Shown: positions 19,549 through 28,816 of the stretch, one piece after another | How the letters are laid out: every line of letters begins with the position of its first letter | How positions within the stretch are numbered: position 1 is the first letter of the stretch | Assembly: GCA_041690135.1 (NCBI GenBank) | Contig: JAWLHY010000002.1 | Span: 352,001 to 416,000, forward strand | Length of the DNA: 64,000 nucleotides | Direction of reading: 5' to 3' | Source: Armatimonadota bacterium | GTDB lineage: Bacteria; Armatimonadota; SYMT01 | Program-made: the position numbers and the translations under genes | Notes under the pieces: generated by a model | What the model was told of the DNA's origin: nothing | The model's input: the letters and a program-made list of their open reading frames with translations, nothing else | Databases searched by the model: none

Positions 19549-20013
19549 ATGGACGAAACATTCTGGTTTGTAGTGGTGATGCGCTGGCTGCACGTGGCCT
19601 CCGCCGTGGTGGGTGTCGGAACGACGCTGTTCATGCGTTTCGTCATCGTTCCCGCACTGGCGCGCGTGCCGAACGGGGGGGAAGTGCTGGACCAGATCCG
19701 GCCGGGGCTGAAACGCGTGATCCACAGCGCGCTGGGCCTGCTGATCCTCACCGGGTTTTACAACTACCTGGCCGTGGCGGTGCCGCGGATCAAGCAGCTC
19801 AAGAGCACGGGCCTGGCGGCGGAGCAGTTGGCGCTCTACCACCCGATCATGGGATTCAAGATCATCCTGTCCCTGGTCCTGTTCGTGGTCGCCATCCTGC
19901 TGCTGATGCCGCTGCCCAGTTTTCACGAGAACCGCAAGACCTGGCTTTCCGTAAACTCTGTGTTGGGCCTGTTGATCCTCTTCCTCGCGGCGATCCTGCG
20001 CCGCCTCTGGTAA
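19549..20013 (+). CDS. 4-TM membrane protein (CopD/DUF2269-like)
   Basis: RWLHV...G motif, LILTGFYN, YH...GFKIIL; four hydrophobic helices. Confidence 0.75.
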   Translation: MDETFWFVVVMRWLHVASAVVGVGTTLFMRFVIVPALARVPNGGEVLDQIRPGLKRVIHSALGLLILTGFYNYLAVAVPRIKQLKSTGLAAEQLALYHPIMGFKIILSLVLFVVAILLLMPLPSFHENRKTWLSVNSVLGLLILFLAAILRRLW

Positions 20014-20074
20014 ATCCAAAGCGAGCCAAGGAGAGCAGGATACCTGGATTTCCGCCGCAGAACCCGGTAGTACC

Positions 20075-20335
20075 ATGAGCGAAAACATCGAGCGCGCGAA
20101 CCATCGGTTGTGCACCCACATCGATTCCAAGAAGCTGGCCATGTTGGGCCCGGAGGACGCCGAGGCCGAGGTGGACCTCGTCCACCTGGACGGCTTCGAG
20201 AACTACTGGTGCCGCAAGACGTGGACGGACAGCGGCCCGGACGGCGGCTGGGTGAACTACCAGCGGTGCGCGCCGGGACGTACCTGCTACTGCGCCCGTA
20301 GTGCGGAAGCACCGGGAACCGCCGTCCATGGATAG
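20075..20335 (+). CDS. Small Cys-rich hypothetical protein
   Basis: CTH...YWCRKT...GPDG...CAPGRTCYC; stop overlaps the xdhC start; typical GC3 usage. Confidence 0.7.
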   Translation: MSENIERANHRLCTHIDSKKLAMLGPEDAEAEVDLVHLDGFENYWCRKTWTDSGPDGGWVNYQRCAPGRTCYCARSAEAPGTAVHG

Positions 20336-21548
20336 CCTCTATCGGGAGGTGGTTCGGCTGCTGGACGAAGGTCAGCCGTTCTCACTGGGGACGGTGATCC
20401 ACACCTCCGGCTCGACGCCCCAGAAGATCGGCGCGCGCGCCGTGTTCCTCGCCGGCGGCCAGATTCTCGGTACGCTGGGCGGCGGGTGCATGGAGGCGGA
20501 GGCGCGCCGCCGGGGTCTGCAGATGGTGCGGGGCGGCGAGCCCGACCTGATGGAGCTTCACCTCGACGACGACTTCGGGTGGGACGACGGCCTGATCTGC
20601 GGCGGGACGGCGAACATCTTCCTCCAGCCGAGACCCGAAGCGGACCAGGAAGAGGTCTACCGTCAGGTCGTGGCCCTGCACGACACGCGCGGTCGGGGCG
20701 TGTTGGCCCTGGTAGCGACCGGAGAACCGGAAGCCGTGGGGCGCCTCTGCCTGATCCGGGAGGGAGAAGCGCCCCACGGCGACCTGCACGTGCCGGCCCT
20801 GCAAGCGTTGATCGAGGAGAAGGCGCGCGAATTTCTCGCCGAGGGCCGCGAGGAGCCGCGGCGGGTGCGGCTCCTGGATCCAGAGGCCACCGTCTATCTG
20901 GAGCCGCTGCGTCCGAAGCCGCTCTGCTTCATCGCCGGCGCGGGTCACATCGGCGCGGCGCTCACGCACTACGCGGCGCGCTGCGGGTTCGAAGTGGCGA
21001 TCGTGGACGACCGGGCATCCCTCTGCAATGCGGAACGCCTCCCCGATGCGGACCAGATTCTGGTGGGCGATATCGTGGAGACGGTTCGGAACTGGCCGAA
21101 GACTCCCGACAGCTATTGGGTCATCGTCACGCGCGGCCATCGCCACGACGCGGTGGTGCTGCGGGAGTTGGTGAAGGCTCCCGTGGCCTACCTGGGCATG
21201 ATCGGGAGCAAGCGGAAGATCCTGACGATCTACCAGGAGTTCGTGGAGCAGGGCCTGGCCTCACCGGAAGAACTATCGCGCATCCATGCGCCGATCGGGC
21301 TGGATATCGGCGCGTTGTCCGTGGAAGAGATCGCCCTCTGCATTGCGGCGGAGCTGGTGATGGTGCGGCGCAAGAGGTTGGGAGATGGGGAAAGTCACGG
21401 CGATTGTCCTGGCGGCGGGAGAGTCGCGGCGGATGGGGACGCTCAAGCCGCTCTTGCCGTTCGGCTCGGGGACCGTAATTCAGTCGGTCGTCCGCTCACT
21501 GAAGGCCTCCCCCGTCGATACGGTGCTGGTGGTTCTGGGGCACCGTAA
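20328..21548 (+). CDS. xdhC: XdhC/CoxI family molybdenum cofactor chaperone
   Basis: GSTPQKIGA, GTLGGGCMEAE, ICGG, GAGHIG, TRGHRHD, GMIGSKRK, APIGLDIGA. Confidence 0.92.
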   Translation: MDSLYREVVRLLDEGQPFSLGTVIHTSGSTPQKIGARAVFLAGGQILGTLGGGCMEAEARRRGLQMVRGGEPDLMELHLDDDFGWDDGLICGGTANIFLQPRPEADQEEVYRQVVALHDTRGRGVLALVATGEPEAVGRLCLIREGEAPHGDLHVPALQALIEEKAREFLAEGREEPRRVRLLDPEATVYLEPLRPKPLCFIAGAGHIGAALTHYAARCGFEVAIVDDRASLCNAERLPDADQILVGDIVETVRNWPKTPDSYWVIVTRGHRHDAVVLRELVKAPVAYLGMIGSKRKILTIYQEFVEQGLASPEELSRIHAPIGLDIGALSVEEIALCIAAELVMVRRKRLGDGESHGDCPGGGRVAADGDAQAALAVRLGDRNSVGRPLTEGLPRRYGAGGSGAP

Positions 21549-22014
21549 AGCGGAAATCGCCGCGAACCTGGAAGGCGCCGGCGCCGAGGCGGTGGAGAAC
21601 CCTCGCTACCAGGAAGGGATGCTCACCTCCGTGCAGGCCGGGTTCGCCGCTGCTCCTCCGGACACGGAGTGGTTCGTCATCGCCCTGGGCGACCAGCCCT
21701 CCCTGCGCCCCGAGGTCGTATCTCTTCTGCTTGCCGAGGCAGAGGCGCAACAATTTGCAATTTGCAATTCCAAACCTCTCCCCCTCCACACCATTCTTGT
21801 CCCCTCCTACCACGGCCGCCGGGGACATCCGCTGTTCATCCATGCCTCGCTCCGCGAGGAGGTGGGCACACTGGACCCCGAGGTAGGCCTGCGGGAACTG
21901 ATGCAGCGACACCCCGAGGCGATCCGTCACCTCGTCGTGACGGACGAAGCGGTCCTTGCGGACATGGACACTCCCGAAGATTACCAGCGCGAGCTCCGGC
22001 GACTGGGGAATTGA
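21385..22014 (+). CDS. mocA: MocA/MobA-like nucleotidyltransferase
   Basis: LAAGESRRMG..K, LGDQP, GHP and DMDTPEDY motifs; adjacent to xdhC. Confidence 0.85.
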   Translation: MGKVTAIVLAAGESRRMGTLKPLLPFGSGTVIQSVVRSLKASPVDTVLVVLGHRKAEIAANLEGAGAEAVENPRYQEGMLTSVQAGFAAAPPDTEWFVIALGDQPSLRPEVVSLLLAEAEAQQFAICNSKPLPLHTILVPSYHGRRGHPLFIHASLREEVGTLDPEVGLRELMQRHPEAIRHLVVTDEAVLADMDTPEDYQRELRRLGN

Positions 22015-22020
22015 TCCGGT

Positions 22021-22314
22021 TTACCGGCGGCCCGCCGTGGCGGCGAGGCGGCTCTCATCCACGGGGAACTCCAGGCGCAGGTCCATCGGCTCGTGCGTGA
22101 CGGTGGTTTTGGGTTCCGGAAAGGCGAGGTGGCCGAGGTGCTGGCCGTCCAGCCGAAGGCGTGCTGCATGGAACGCCACCGGGTAGACCTGCGGCGGCAC
22201 CAGCGCGTCGAGGATCCAGATTCCGTTCCGCTTTTCCACCACATCACAGGCGACGGGTGTTGCCTCTCCCGCCTCGTCTAACAGGGTCAGCCAGAGACCG
22301 CGCTTCAACGTCAT
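22021..22314 (-). CDS. Hypothetical protein
   Basis: GGGAG RBS; fills the gap between genes; no recognised motif. Confidence 0.55.
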   Translation of the reverse strand: MTLKRGLWLTLLDEAGEATPVACDVVEKRNGIWILDALVPPQVYPVAFHAARLRLDGQHLGHLAFPEPKTTVTHEPMDLRLEFPVDESRLAATAGRR

Positions 22315-22457
22315 CTTTTACTCCCGGTGCCCCCGTTCGGGGCCTCCTCACCGCTCTTTTCCGAGCCCGCCGCTCCTGGGATACGCTTTCCATGCTCCCC
22401 CATGCACTCTATGGGTTACCGACTTGAGTTACCCGCGAAACGTCGATTGAGCCTTCT

Positions 22458-23354
22458 ATGCTGAACTTTCATCTTCCCGTGCCGCAGCCGTTTCACTTCC
22501 GCGACGTGGTGTTCTCCCACGGCTGGCTGCGGTTGCTCCCCTACCGCTGGGAAGAGGGGACCGGGACCCTCTCCCGTGTCGATCGCCTGGCGTCCGGCTG
22601 TTTGGTACGGTGGGAGATGCGGGAGGCGCCGGGAGGCGTCGCGATCTCGGCCGCTGCTCCGCCGGAAGAAGGTCCGGAGCTTGCCGCGTTGGCCCGCTGG
22701 GTGCTGGCCGTGGAAGACCAGTTCGAAGGGTTCCACGCGCTCTGCCGGGAAGAGCCGGGCCTGCGCGCCGCCGGGGAAAGGGGTCAGGGTCGAATCCTCC
22801 GGTGCCCAACCGTGTGGGAAGACCTGGTGAAGACCCTGTTCAGCGTCAACACGACGTGGCGGCAAACGATCTCCATGACGGAGAAGTTAGTGGCCCTTTG
22901 TGGTGAAGCGGGGCCGGAAGGAGAGCGGGCCTTTCCGCGTCCGGAGGCCGTGGCGGAACTGGCGCCCGGGGTCTTGCAGCGGGAATGCCGGGTGGGTTAC
23001 CGCGCCGAACCGCTTTCACAACTGGCGCGGGACGTGGCGGAGGGAATGACGGATCTGGAGACGCTCAAGGACCTGACCCTGTCCGATGCCGAGGTGGAGA
23101 AGCGCTTGCTAGCCCTGCGCGGTATCGGTCCCTACGCCGCCGCTAACGTGATGATGCTGCTGGCCCGTTACGACCACCTGCCCGTCGATAGCTGGCTCCG
23201 GAAGACGGTCCGCGACGGCTGGTTCGGCGGCGAGGCCGTGCCGGACCGGGAGATCCTGGCCCGCTTTGAACGGTTCCGCCCCTACCGGACCCTCGTTTAC
23301 CGCTTCTATGATTGGGAAGGGACGATGCGGACGGGCGTGTGGACGGAGGGTTAG
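22458..23354 (+). CDS. HhH-GPD DNA glycosylase (AlkA/Ogg-like)
   Basis: SHGW, GRILR.PTVWED, VGYRA, LRGIGPYAA helix-hairpin-helix, PVDSW. Confidence 0.88.
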   Translation: MLNFHLPVPQPFHFRDVVFSHGWLRLLPYRWEEGTGTLSRVDRLASGCLVRWEMREAPGGVAISAAAPPEEGPELAALARWVLAVEDQFEGFHALCREEPGLRAAGERGQGRILRCPTVWEDLVKTLFSVNTTWRQTISMTEKLVALCGEAGPEGERAFPRPEAVAELAPGVLQRECRVGYRAEPLSQLARDVAEGMTDLETLKDLTLSDAEVEKRLLALRGIGPYAAANVMMLLARYDHLPVDSWLRKTVRDGWFGGEAVPDREILARFERFRPYRTLVYRFYDWEGTMRTGVWTEG

Positions 23355-23623
23355 TGGGCTATAAAGTGGGTTCCGTCTTCCGCGCGGCTGGGCGGAAGAA
23401 GCGGGAACGGCCTGGTTTTGGACAGCCCAGGGGGACGGTCCGTAGGGAATGCGACGCCGTTCCATTCCGCAGTCGGTGACGCTGATCCTGTTGCGCCAAC
23501 CCAGACCGGGCAGGAACCCGGACTACCCCAGTCGGCACGACGGGATCGTCTTCAGTACTGCGGAACGCTACGGCGAGACGCTCCCTACGAGTACCACTTC
23601 CAGGGATCTGCTGAATCCATCCC

Positions 23624-24622
23624 TTACAAAGACTTGCGCCCGCGGCGGGGACGCAGCAGATCGAGGGCCGGTGGCTGCGGCACCGTGCGGTTCCGCTCTT
23701 CAAAGAAGGAGCGGAGGGCACGCAGGCCTTCCTCATCATCCGCGGGAATCTGCTCCTCGGTGGGTCCGGGACCCGCCATCCGCATTCCGGGGTCCTTCTC
23801 CATCGCCACCACCGGCTCCGGTCCGCCGCCCAGCGGCTGCATTGTTCCGGCGCTGTTGACAATGGGATCGCCCGGCATCGCCACGATCTCGGGTGGGGTG
23901 GCCGTAGCCGGCGTTTCGGGCTGCGAGGCCCGAGCTTCCATCACCGGCTTCCCGGCGGGCGTAATCACGGCTAGCGGCTGCGGACGCTCTTCCAACGCCA
24001 ACACGGAGGGGGCGACGGGGCGCTCCAGCCGCACCGGCTTCTGTGTCGCGCGGGTGGGCTGCTTGGCGCTCTGCGCATCGACGGTCATCGGACAGCTGAT
24101 TGGGCCGGTGATCTCCGCCGCCGGCTGGGGCCGGGCGGCATCCGCCACCTCCGCTGGCCCCGCCGGCTCCTGCCCGTGGATTGGCTGCGAGCCTCCCGAG
24201 CCGCGCAAGTCGGGTATGGCCTGCACGGGCGCACGTTGTGCCAATCCCGGAGGTACCGGCGATGGGCGAACCGCCACCTGGGGTCCGCGGCTCTGGACAT
24301 AGGCAAAGGCGACCGTGGCCGTGGCGCCGGCGACGGCGGTCCAGACCAGCGGTCCGAAAGGCGTCAGGCGGCGGGCAGGGGCTGCGGCGGCGGGCGTGGC
24401 ATCGGCGTAAGCCAGCCGGGTCATGATCCGCGAATGCAGATCGACGGGAACATCCTCTTCCGGAATCAGGGCGGTGATCCGCGTCAGGCGGTCCAGGCTT
24501 TCCCGCTCGAGCGAACAGCTCTCGCAGTGCGCGAGATGCTGCTCCAGGTTGCGAGCTTCCGCCACGGAAAGCTCTCCGTCCATATATGCGGATAACTGGC
24601 TGCGGACTCTTCTACACCACAT
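23624..24622 (-). CDS. Zinc-binding anti-sigma factor (zf-HC2) with TM helix and low-complexity tail
   Basis: C...LSAYMDGEL...HLAHCESC (HxxxCxxC), then a TM helix and a Pro/Ala-rich region. Confidence 0.88.
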   Translation of the reverse strand: MWCRRVRSQLSAYMDGELSVAEARNLEQHLAHCESCSLERESLDRLTRITALIPEEDVPVDLHSRIMTRLAYADATPAAAAPARRLTPFGPLVWTAVAGATATVAFAYVQSRGPQVAVRPSPVPPGLAQRAPVQAIPDLRGSGGSQPIHGQEPAGPAEVADAARPQPAAEITGPISCPMTVDAQSAKQPTRATQKPVRLERPVAPSVLALEERPQPLAVITPAGKPVMEARASQPETPATATPPEIVAMPGDPIVNSAGTMQPLGGGPEPVVAMEKDPGMRMAGPGPTEEQIPADDEEGLRALRSFFEERNRTVPQPPALDLLRPRRGRKSL

Positions 24623-24992
24623 GAGCGCCCACTCCTGCTCCACCTTTGGGGCATCCGATCTTTCACTCGATTACGACGACGGGATCGATTTCCGGTTTCA
24701 ACAATTTCGCAATGACCCGGCTTGCACATCGATGGGCCGGGTCGGCCCACTGTAGGGACACGCACCAGGAGAAGGGGTTTCCTGCTTTTGATGGGGCCTA
24801 TCTAAAATCTTGATAAAACCGCCCCGCAGCCTCGAATCCCGCCGTTCTCCCCGGCGCAAGAATACAGACGTCCCGCACGGCAGGGATGTTCGGGGGTGTT
24901 TGGATGATTTAAGGCGGTGAGGCATTGGGCGGTGGGCATTGGGCCCCCCTGTGGGGGGTAAACGTTGGGCGTTGGGCGGTCAGGCGAGGCCC

Positions 24993-25302
24993 AGGTGTTC
25001 GGGTGTTCGGGTGTTCGGGTGTTCGGGTGTTCGGGCGTTCGAGCGTCCAGCCACTGCTCACGCTCATTATCAGCCTATGGATACGATCGTCATGGCGAGG
25101 AGCGAGAGACCGGAAGCAACTTCTCCGCGTCTGATGAGCCCCGCGCCGAAGCACCCAGCTACCAGAACCAGAACCCGCAAGCGACGTGGCCATCCCCCTG
25201 GTCAGGGAAGTCGCTTTTACACGGACCGCCAGCCCCTGGATCAAGGCAATCATCCTTACCCGGCACTCTCTATCCTTATCCATTCCGCCCTCTGGTCAGG
25301 GC
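24993..25302 (-). repeat. Dispersed repeat element, copy B, with (CCCGAACA)5-6 tail and extra partial heads
   Basis: Reverse complement of 25087-25224 matches copy A. Octamer array at 24993-25041. Further CC(C/T)TGA(T)CCAG heads at about 25233-25246 and 25288-25302. Confidence 0.85.
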
Positions 25303-25306
25303 GGCT

Positions 25307-26854
25307 TCAATCGCCACTGGTGCGGAGGCGGAGCCCGCGGGGGACCACCATCCGGTCCAGCAGGTCGAAAGCTCCCTGAACGGCAAGGGCGAGGAGCGCT
25401 GCGGGGACGGCCCCCTGGAGGATGAGCTGGTCGTTCAGGGTCTGGAGGCCGCGCAGGATCGGCTCACCGAGACCGCCCGCCCCGATGAAGGCGGCGAGGG
25501 TGGCGGTTCCCACGTTGATGACGGCGCTCGTCTTCAGGCCCGCCATGATCGCCGGGGAAGCCATCGGCAGCTCGATCCGGAGCAGGCGGGTGGCGGGGGC
25601 TAATCCCAGGGCCTCGGCGGCTTCGGCAAGGTTGGGTGGGATGGTGGTGAGGCCGACGTAGGTGTTGCGGACGATCGGCAGCAGGCTGTAGAGGAAGAGC
25701 GCCACCAGCGCCGGCCCCACCCCGATTCGGCCGAGGAGCGCGATGAGGAACGCCAGCAGCGCCAGGGAAGGAATGGTCTGGAGGAGGCCCGCCGTCGAGA
25801 GGATCAACGCACTCAGGAGGCGGCTGCGGGCGGCCGCGATGCCAAGCGGAATTCCCACCAGCGCCGCCGCGGCGAGGGAGATGCCCACCAGTTGCAGGTG
25901 GCGGAGCGTGTGGCCGAGCACGGCTCCGGCGCCGGACGCCACGGGTGCCGGTGGTACGGCGAGATCGGCAGCCTCCCGTAACAGGGTCGCCGCGGCCTGT
26001 TCCTCCGGGCGCTTCTCCAGGACCACCTGCGCGTTGGCCGCGATCATCTCCGGCTCTTCGATTTGCCCCACCAGCCGCTGCATTGCCGCCCAGGCCCGCA
26101 GGTTCCGTGCGGGGAGGTCGAGGCGGTAGAGCAGGACAGCGTCGTAGCGCGGAAAGAACTCGCGGTCGTCCTCCAGCAGCCGGGGCTGGACCTCCGCGAT
26201 CTGGGCGTCCGTCGTGTAGACGTCCATCACGTCGATCTGCCCGTTCTGTAGGGCATGGTAGGCCAGGTCGTGCTGGATGCCCCGCACGTCGGTCATCCGC
26301 AGCCCATAATGCTGGGAAAGGCTGGGCCAGCCGTCTTTCCGCTCCAGGAACTCGTGGGTCAGCGCCACCCGGAGCTCCGGGTGCTTCGCCAGGTCCGAGA
26401 TCTTCTCCAGCCCCAGCCGGCGGGCGGTCTCCGGGTTCACGGCCAGGGCATAGCCGTTGTTGAAGCCAAGCGAGTCGCTGATCCCCAGACCCTCCGCGGC
26501 CAGGCGGGAGCGCATCTCTGCCAGCGACGGTCGCCCCGGCAGCTTCAGGATCGCCTCGGCAATCGTCCCGGTGTACTCGGGATAGACGTCGATACTGCCG
26601 GATTTCAGCGCGGCGTAGACGATGTCGGTGCCGCCGAGGTTGCGCGCGTGCTTCGCCTCGGCCCCCGCGGAGCGGGCGATCTGGGTCAGCGCCTCCCCCA
26701 GGACCCACGACTCCGCGAACGCCTTGGAACCCACCGCAACGGTCCCGTCCTGCGCCCGGGCCGGCACCATGCCTGCCAGGGAGACGACCAGCAGCAGCAG
26801 CCACTTCCAGGCCCACTGACCCGGGCGGATCCCAGGTTCAACCAGGTACTGCAT
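25307..26854 (-). CDS. Betaine/choline-family ABC importer, fused substrate-binding and permease protein
   Basis: VGSKAFAES, YPEYTGT, GFNNGYAL, DVYTTDA, LEDDREFFPRY; permease QTIPSLAL, EAA loop, GAGGLG. Confidence 0.92.
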   Translation of the reverse strand: MQYLVEPGIRPGQWAWKWLLLLVVSLAGMVPARAQDGTVAVGSKAFAESWVLGEALTQIARSAGAEAKHARNLGGTDIVYAALKSGSIDVYPEYTGTIAEAILKLPGRPSLAEMRSRLAAEGLGISDSLGFNNGYALAVNPETARRLGLEKISDLAKHPELRVALTHEFLERKDGWPSLSQHYGLRMTDVRGIQHDLAYHALQNGQIDVMDVYTTDAQIAEVQPRLLEDDREFFPRYDAVLLYRLDLPARNLRAWAAMQRLVGQIEEPEMIAANAQVVLEKRPEEQAAATLLREAADLAVPPAPVASGAGAVLGHTLRHLQLVGISLAAAALVGIPLGIAAARSRLLSALILSTAGLLQTIPSLALLAFLIALLGRIGVGPALVALFLYSLLPIVRNTYVGLTTIPPNLAEAAEALGLAPATRLLRIELPMASPAIMAGLKTSAVINVGTATLAAFIGAGGLGEPILRGLQTLNDQLILQGAVPAALLALAVQGAFDLLDRMVVPRGLRLRTSGD

Positions 26855-26884
26855 GGGGCAATCCTCAAACGATGGGCCAGGCCT

Positions 26885-27631
26885 TCACTCTGGCCAGGCG
26901 GTCCGGTGCGCGGAGATGAACTCGGTGACGTAGGGATCGGCGGGGTGGTCCCGGAGTTCCCGCAGCGTGCCGCTCTGGAGAATCCGGCCGTCCCGCATCA
27001 CGCTGATGGTTCCGGCCAGGAACGCCGCCTCGCCCAGGTCGTGGGTCACCAGAAGCACCGTCTTACCCAGGCGCTGGAAGATCTCCTTCAGGTCCGCCTG
27101 CAGCCGCGCGCGGATGAGCGGGTCGAGCGCCCCGAGCGGCTCGTCCATCAGCAGGAGGGGTGGGTCCAGCATCAGGGCGCGCATCAGGCCGACTCGCTGG
27201 CGCTGTCCGCCGCTGAGTTGAAGAGGGTAACGCGCCAGGCCGTCCGAGGGAAAATGGACCAGGGCCGCCAGCTCGGCGAGGCGCTCATCGATGCGGTACG
27301 GGTCCCAGCGGAGCTGGCGTGCTACCAGCGTGACGTTCTGTTCCGCCGTGAGGTGCGGGAAGAGGCCGCCGTCCTGGATCACGTAGCCGATGCGGTGCCG
27401 CAACTTGATCTGCCGGTGCGGCGCCCCCGCGGCGGTTACCGGCTGGCCGTCGATGGCGACCTCCCCGGAATCGGGAGGGAGGAGGCCCATCACGATGCGG
27501 AGGAGCGTGCTCTTTCCGCAGCCGCTCTGACCGACCAGGGCATGCGTGGCGCCGGTCGGAACCTCCAGCCGGTCCACGTCAAGCACGCGGCGGTCGCCAT
27601 AGGATCGGATCAGGTTACGGAGGCTCAACAT
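26885..27631 (-). CDS. ABC ATPase (OpuBA/OsmV type)
   Basis: GQSGCGKST, IGYVIQDGGLFPH, LSGGQRQR, LLMDEP, VTHD. Confidence 0.93.
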   Translation of the reverse strand: MLSLRNLIRSYGDRRVLDVDRLEVPTGATHALVGQSGCGKSTLLRIVMGLLPPDSGEVAIDGQPVTAAGAPHRQIKLRHRIGYVIQDGGLFPHLTAEQNVTLVARQLRWDPYRIDERLAELAALVHFPSDGLARYPLQLSGGQRQRVGLMRALMLDPPLLLMDEPLGALDPLIRARLQADLKEIFQRLGKTVLLVTHDLGEAAFLAGTISVMRDGRILQSGTLRELRDHPADPYVTEFISAHRTAWPE

Positions 27632-27735
27632 ACGGGTAAGAAAGGCGGGCTTGCCTGGACGTAGACACGGCCCTCGTTGGAACATCGTCTGACTGGCCCA
27701 CCCACTCGAGCGGGTGCGGTTTGGGCCCACCATCT

Positions 27736-28719
27736 ATGCTAACTGATCTGACTCCTTCTCTTCTCGATACCGAATTCCTGGCCGCGGTGCATGCCGGGCT
27801 CGCAGCCGATCCGAAGACCCTTCCCTGCCGTTACTTCTACGATCGTGAGGGATCGCTGCTGTTCGAGGAGATCTGCGGTCTTCCCGAATACTACCTGACC
27901 CGGACCGAAGACCGCATTCTTCGCGAGCGTGCAAGTGAGATCGCCGCGTGCCTTCCGTCGCCGGTGGAAGTCATCGAGCTGGGCAGCGGCAGCTCCCGCA
28001 AGACGCGACGCCTGCTGGAAGCGGTGCTGCGTCGCCAGCCGGAGCTGCGCTACACCCCCGTCGATATCTCCGCGAGCATGCTCCGCGAGACGGCCATCGC
28101 CCTGCGGGAAACGTACCCCCGGCTGACCGTCTCTCCCCTGGCCGCCGAGTACGGGGAGGCACTGGCCCAATTGCGCGCCCACTCCGGCAGCTCCCGGCTG
28201 ATCCTCTTTCTCGGTAGCAACCTCGGTAACTTCGATCCGGAAGAGAGCACCCGGTTTCTGCGCGGAATCCGGGGACTGATGCGCGAGGGCGACCACGCGC
28301 TGATCGGTCTGGACCTGCAGAAGGACCGCACGGTGTTGGAAGCGGCCTACGATGACTCCCAGGGCGTCACCGCGGCCTTCAACCGCAACCTCCTGCGGCG
28401 GATCAACCGGGAGTTGGGTGGCGACTTCGATCTCTCGGCCTTCCGCCACGGGGCGCACTACCACGCGGAAGCGGGTCGGGTGGAGATGCACCTGGTGAGC
28501 ACGCGACCGCAGGAAATCCGGGTCCAGGACCGTCGCTACTCTTTCCGGGAAGGGGAAACGATCCACACCGAGAACTCGTACAAGTTCACGCTTCCGGGCA
28601 TCCGGTCCCTGGCCGCCCGCGCCGGTCTCCACCTCGCCCGGACCTGGACCGATGAACTGGAGTGGTTCAGCGTGAACTTGCTGGAAGCCTGGCAGGTTCA
28701 CGGTCATTCAATGGCGTAA
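27736..28719 (+). CDS. egtD: L-histidine N-alpha-trimethyltransferase
   Basis: K.LP.RYFYD..GS.LFEEI..LPEYYLTRTE, ELGSGSSRKT, FLGSNLGNF, AYDDSQGVTAAFN, IHTENSYKF. Confidence 0.95.
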   Translation: MLTDLTPSLLDTEFLAAVHAGLAADPKTLPCRYFYDREGSLLFEEICGLPEYYLTRTEDRILRERASEIAACLPSPVEVIELGSGSSRKTRRLLEAVLRRQPELRYTPVDISASMLRETAIALRETYPRLTVSPLAAEYGEALAQLRAHSGSSRLILFLGSNLGNFDPEESTRFLRGIRGLMREGDHALIGLDLQKDRTVLEAAYDDSQGVTAAFNRNLLRRINRELGGDFDLSAFRHGAHYHAEAGRVEMHLVSTRPQEIRVQDRRYSFREGETIHTENSYKFTLPGIRSLAARAGLHLARTWTDELEWFSVNLLEAWQVHGHSMA

Positions 28720-28816
28720 CTGTCTTTGCGGGAGAACCCGACAGACAGCACCTCCTGGCGTCTACCACGACCGGCCCTGGTTCCGTGCCGCGCTCCTCCA
28801 GCAGGAAAGATAGAAA

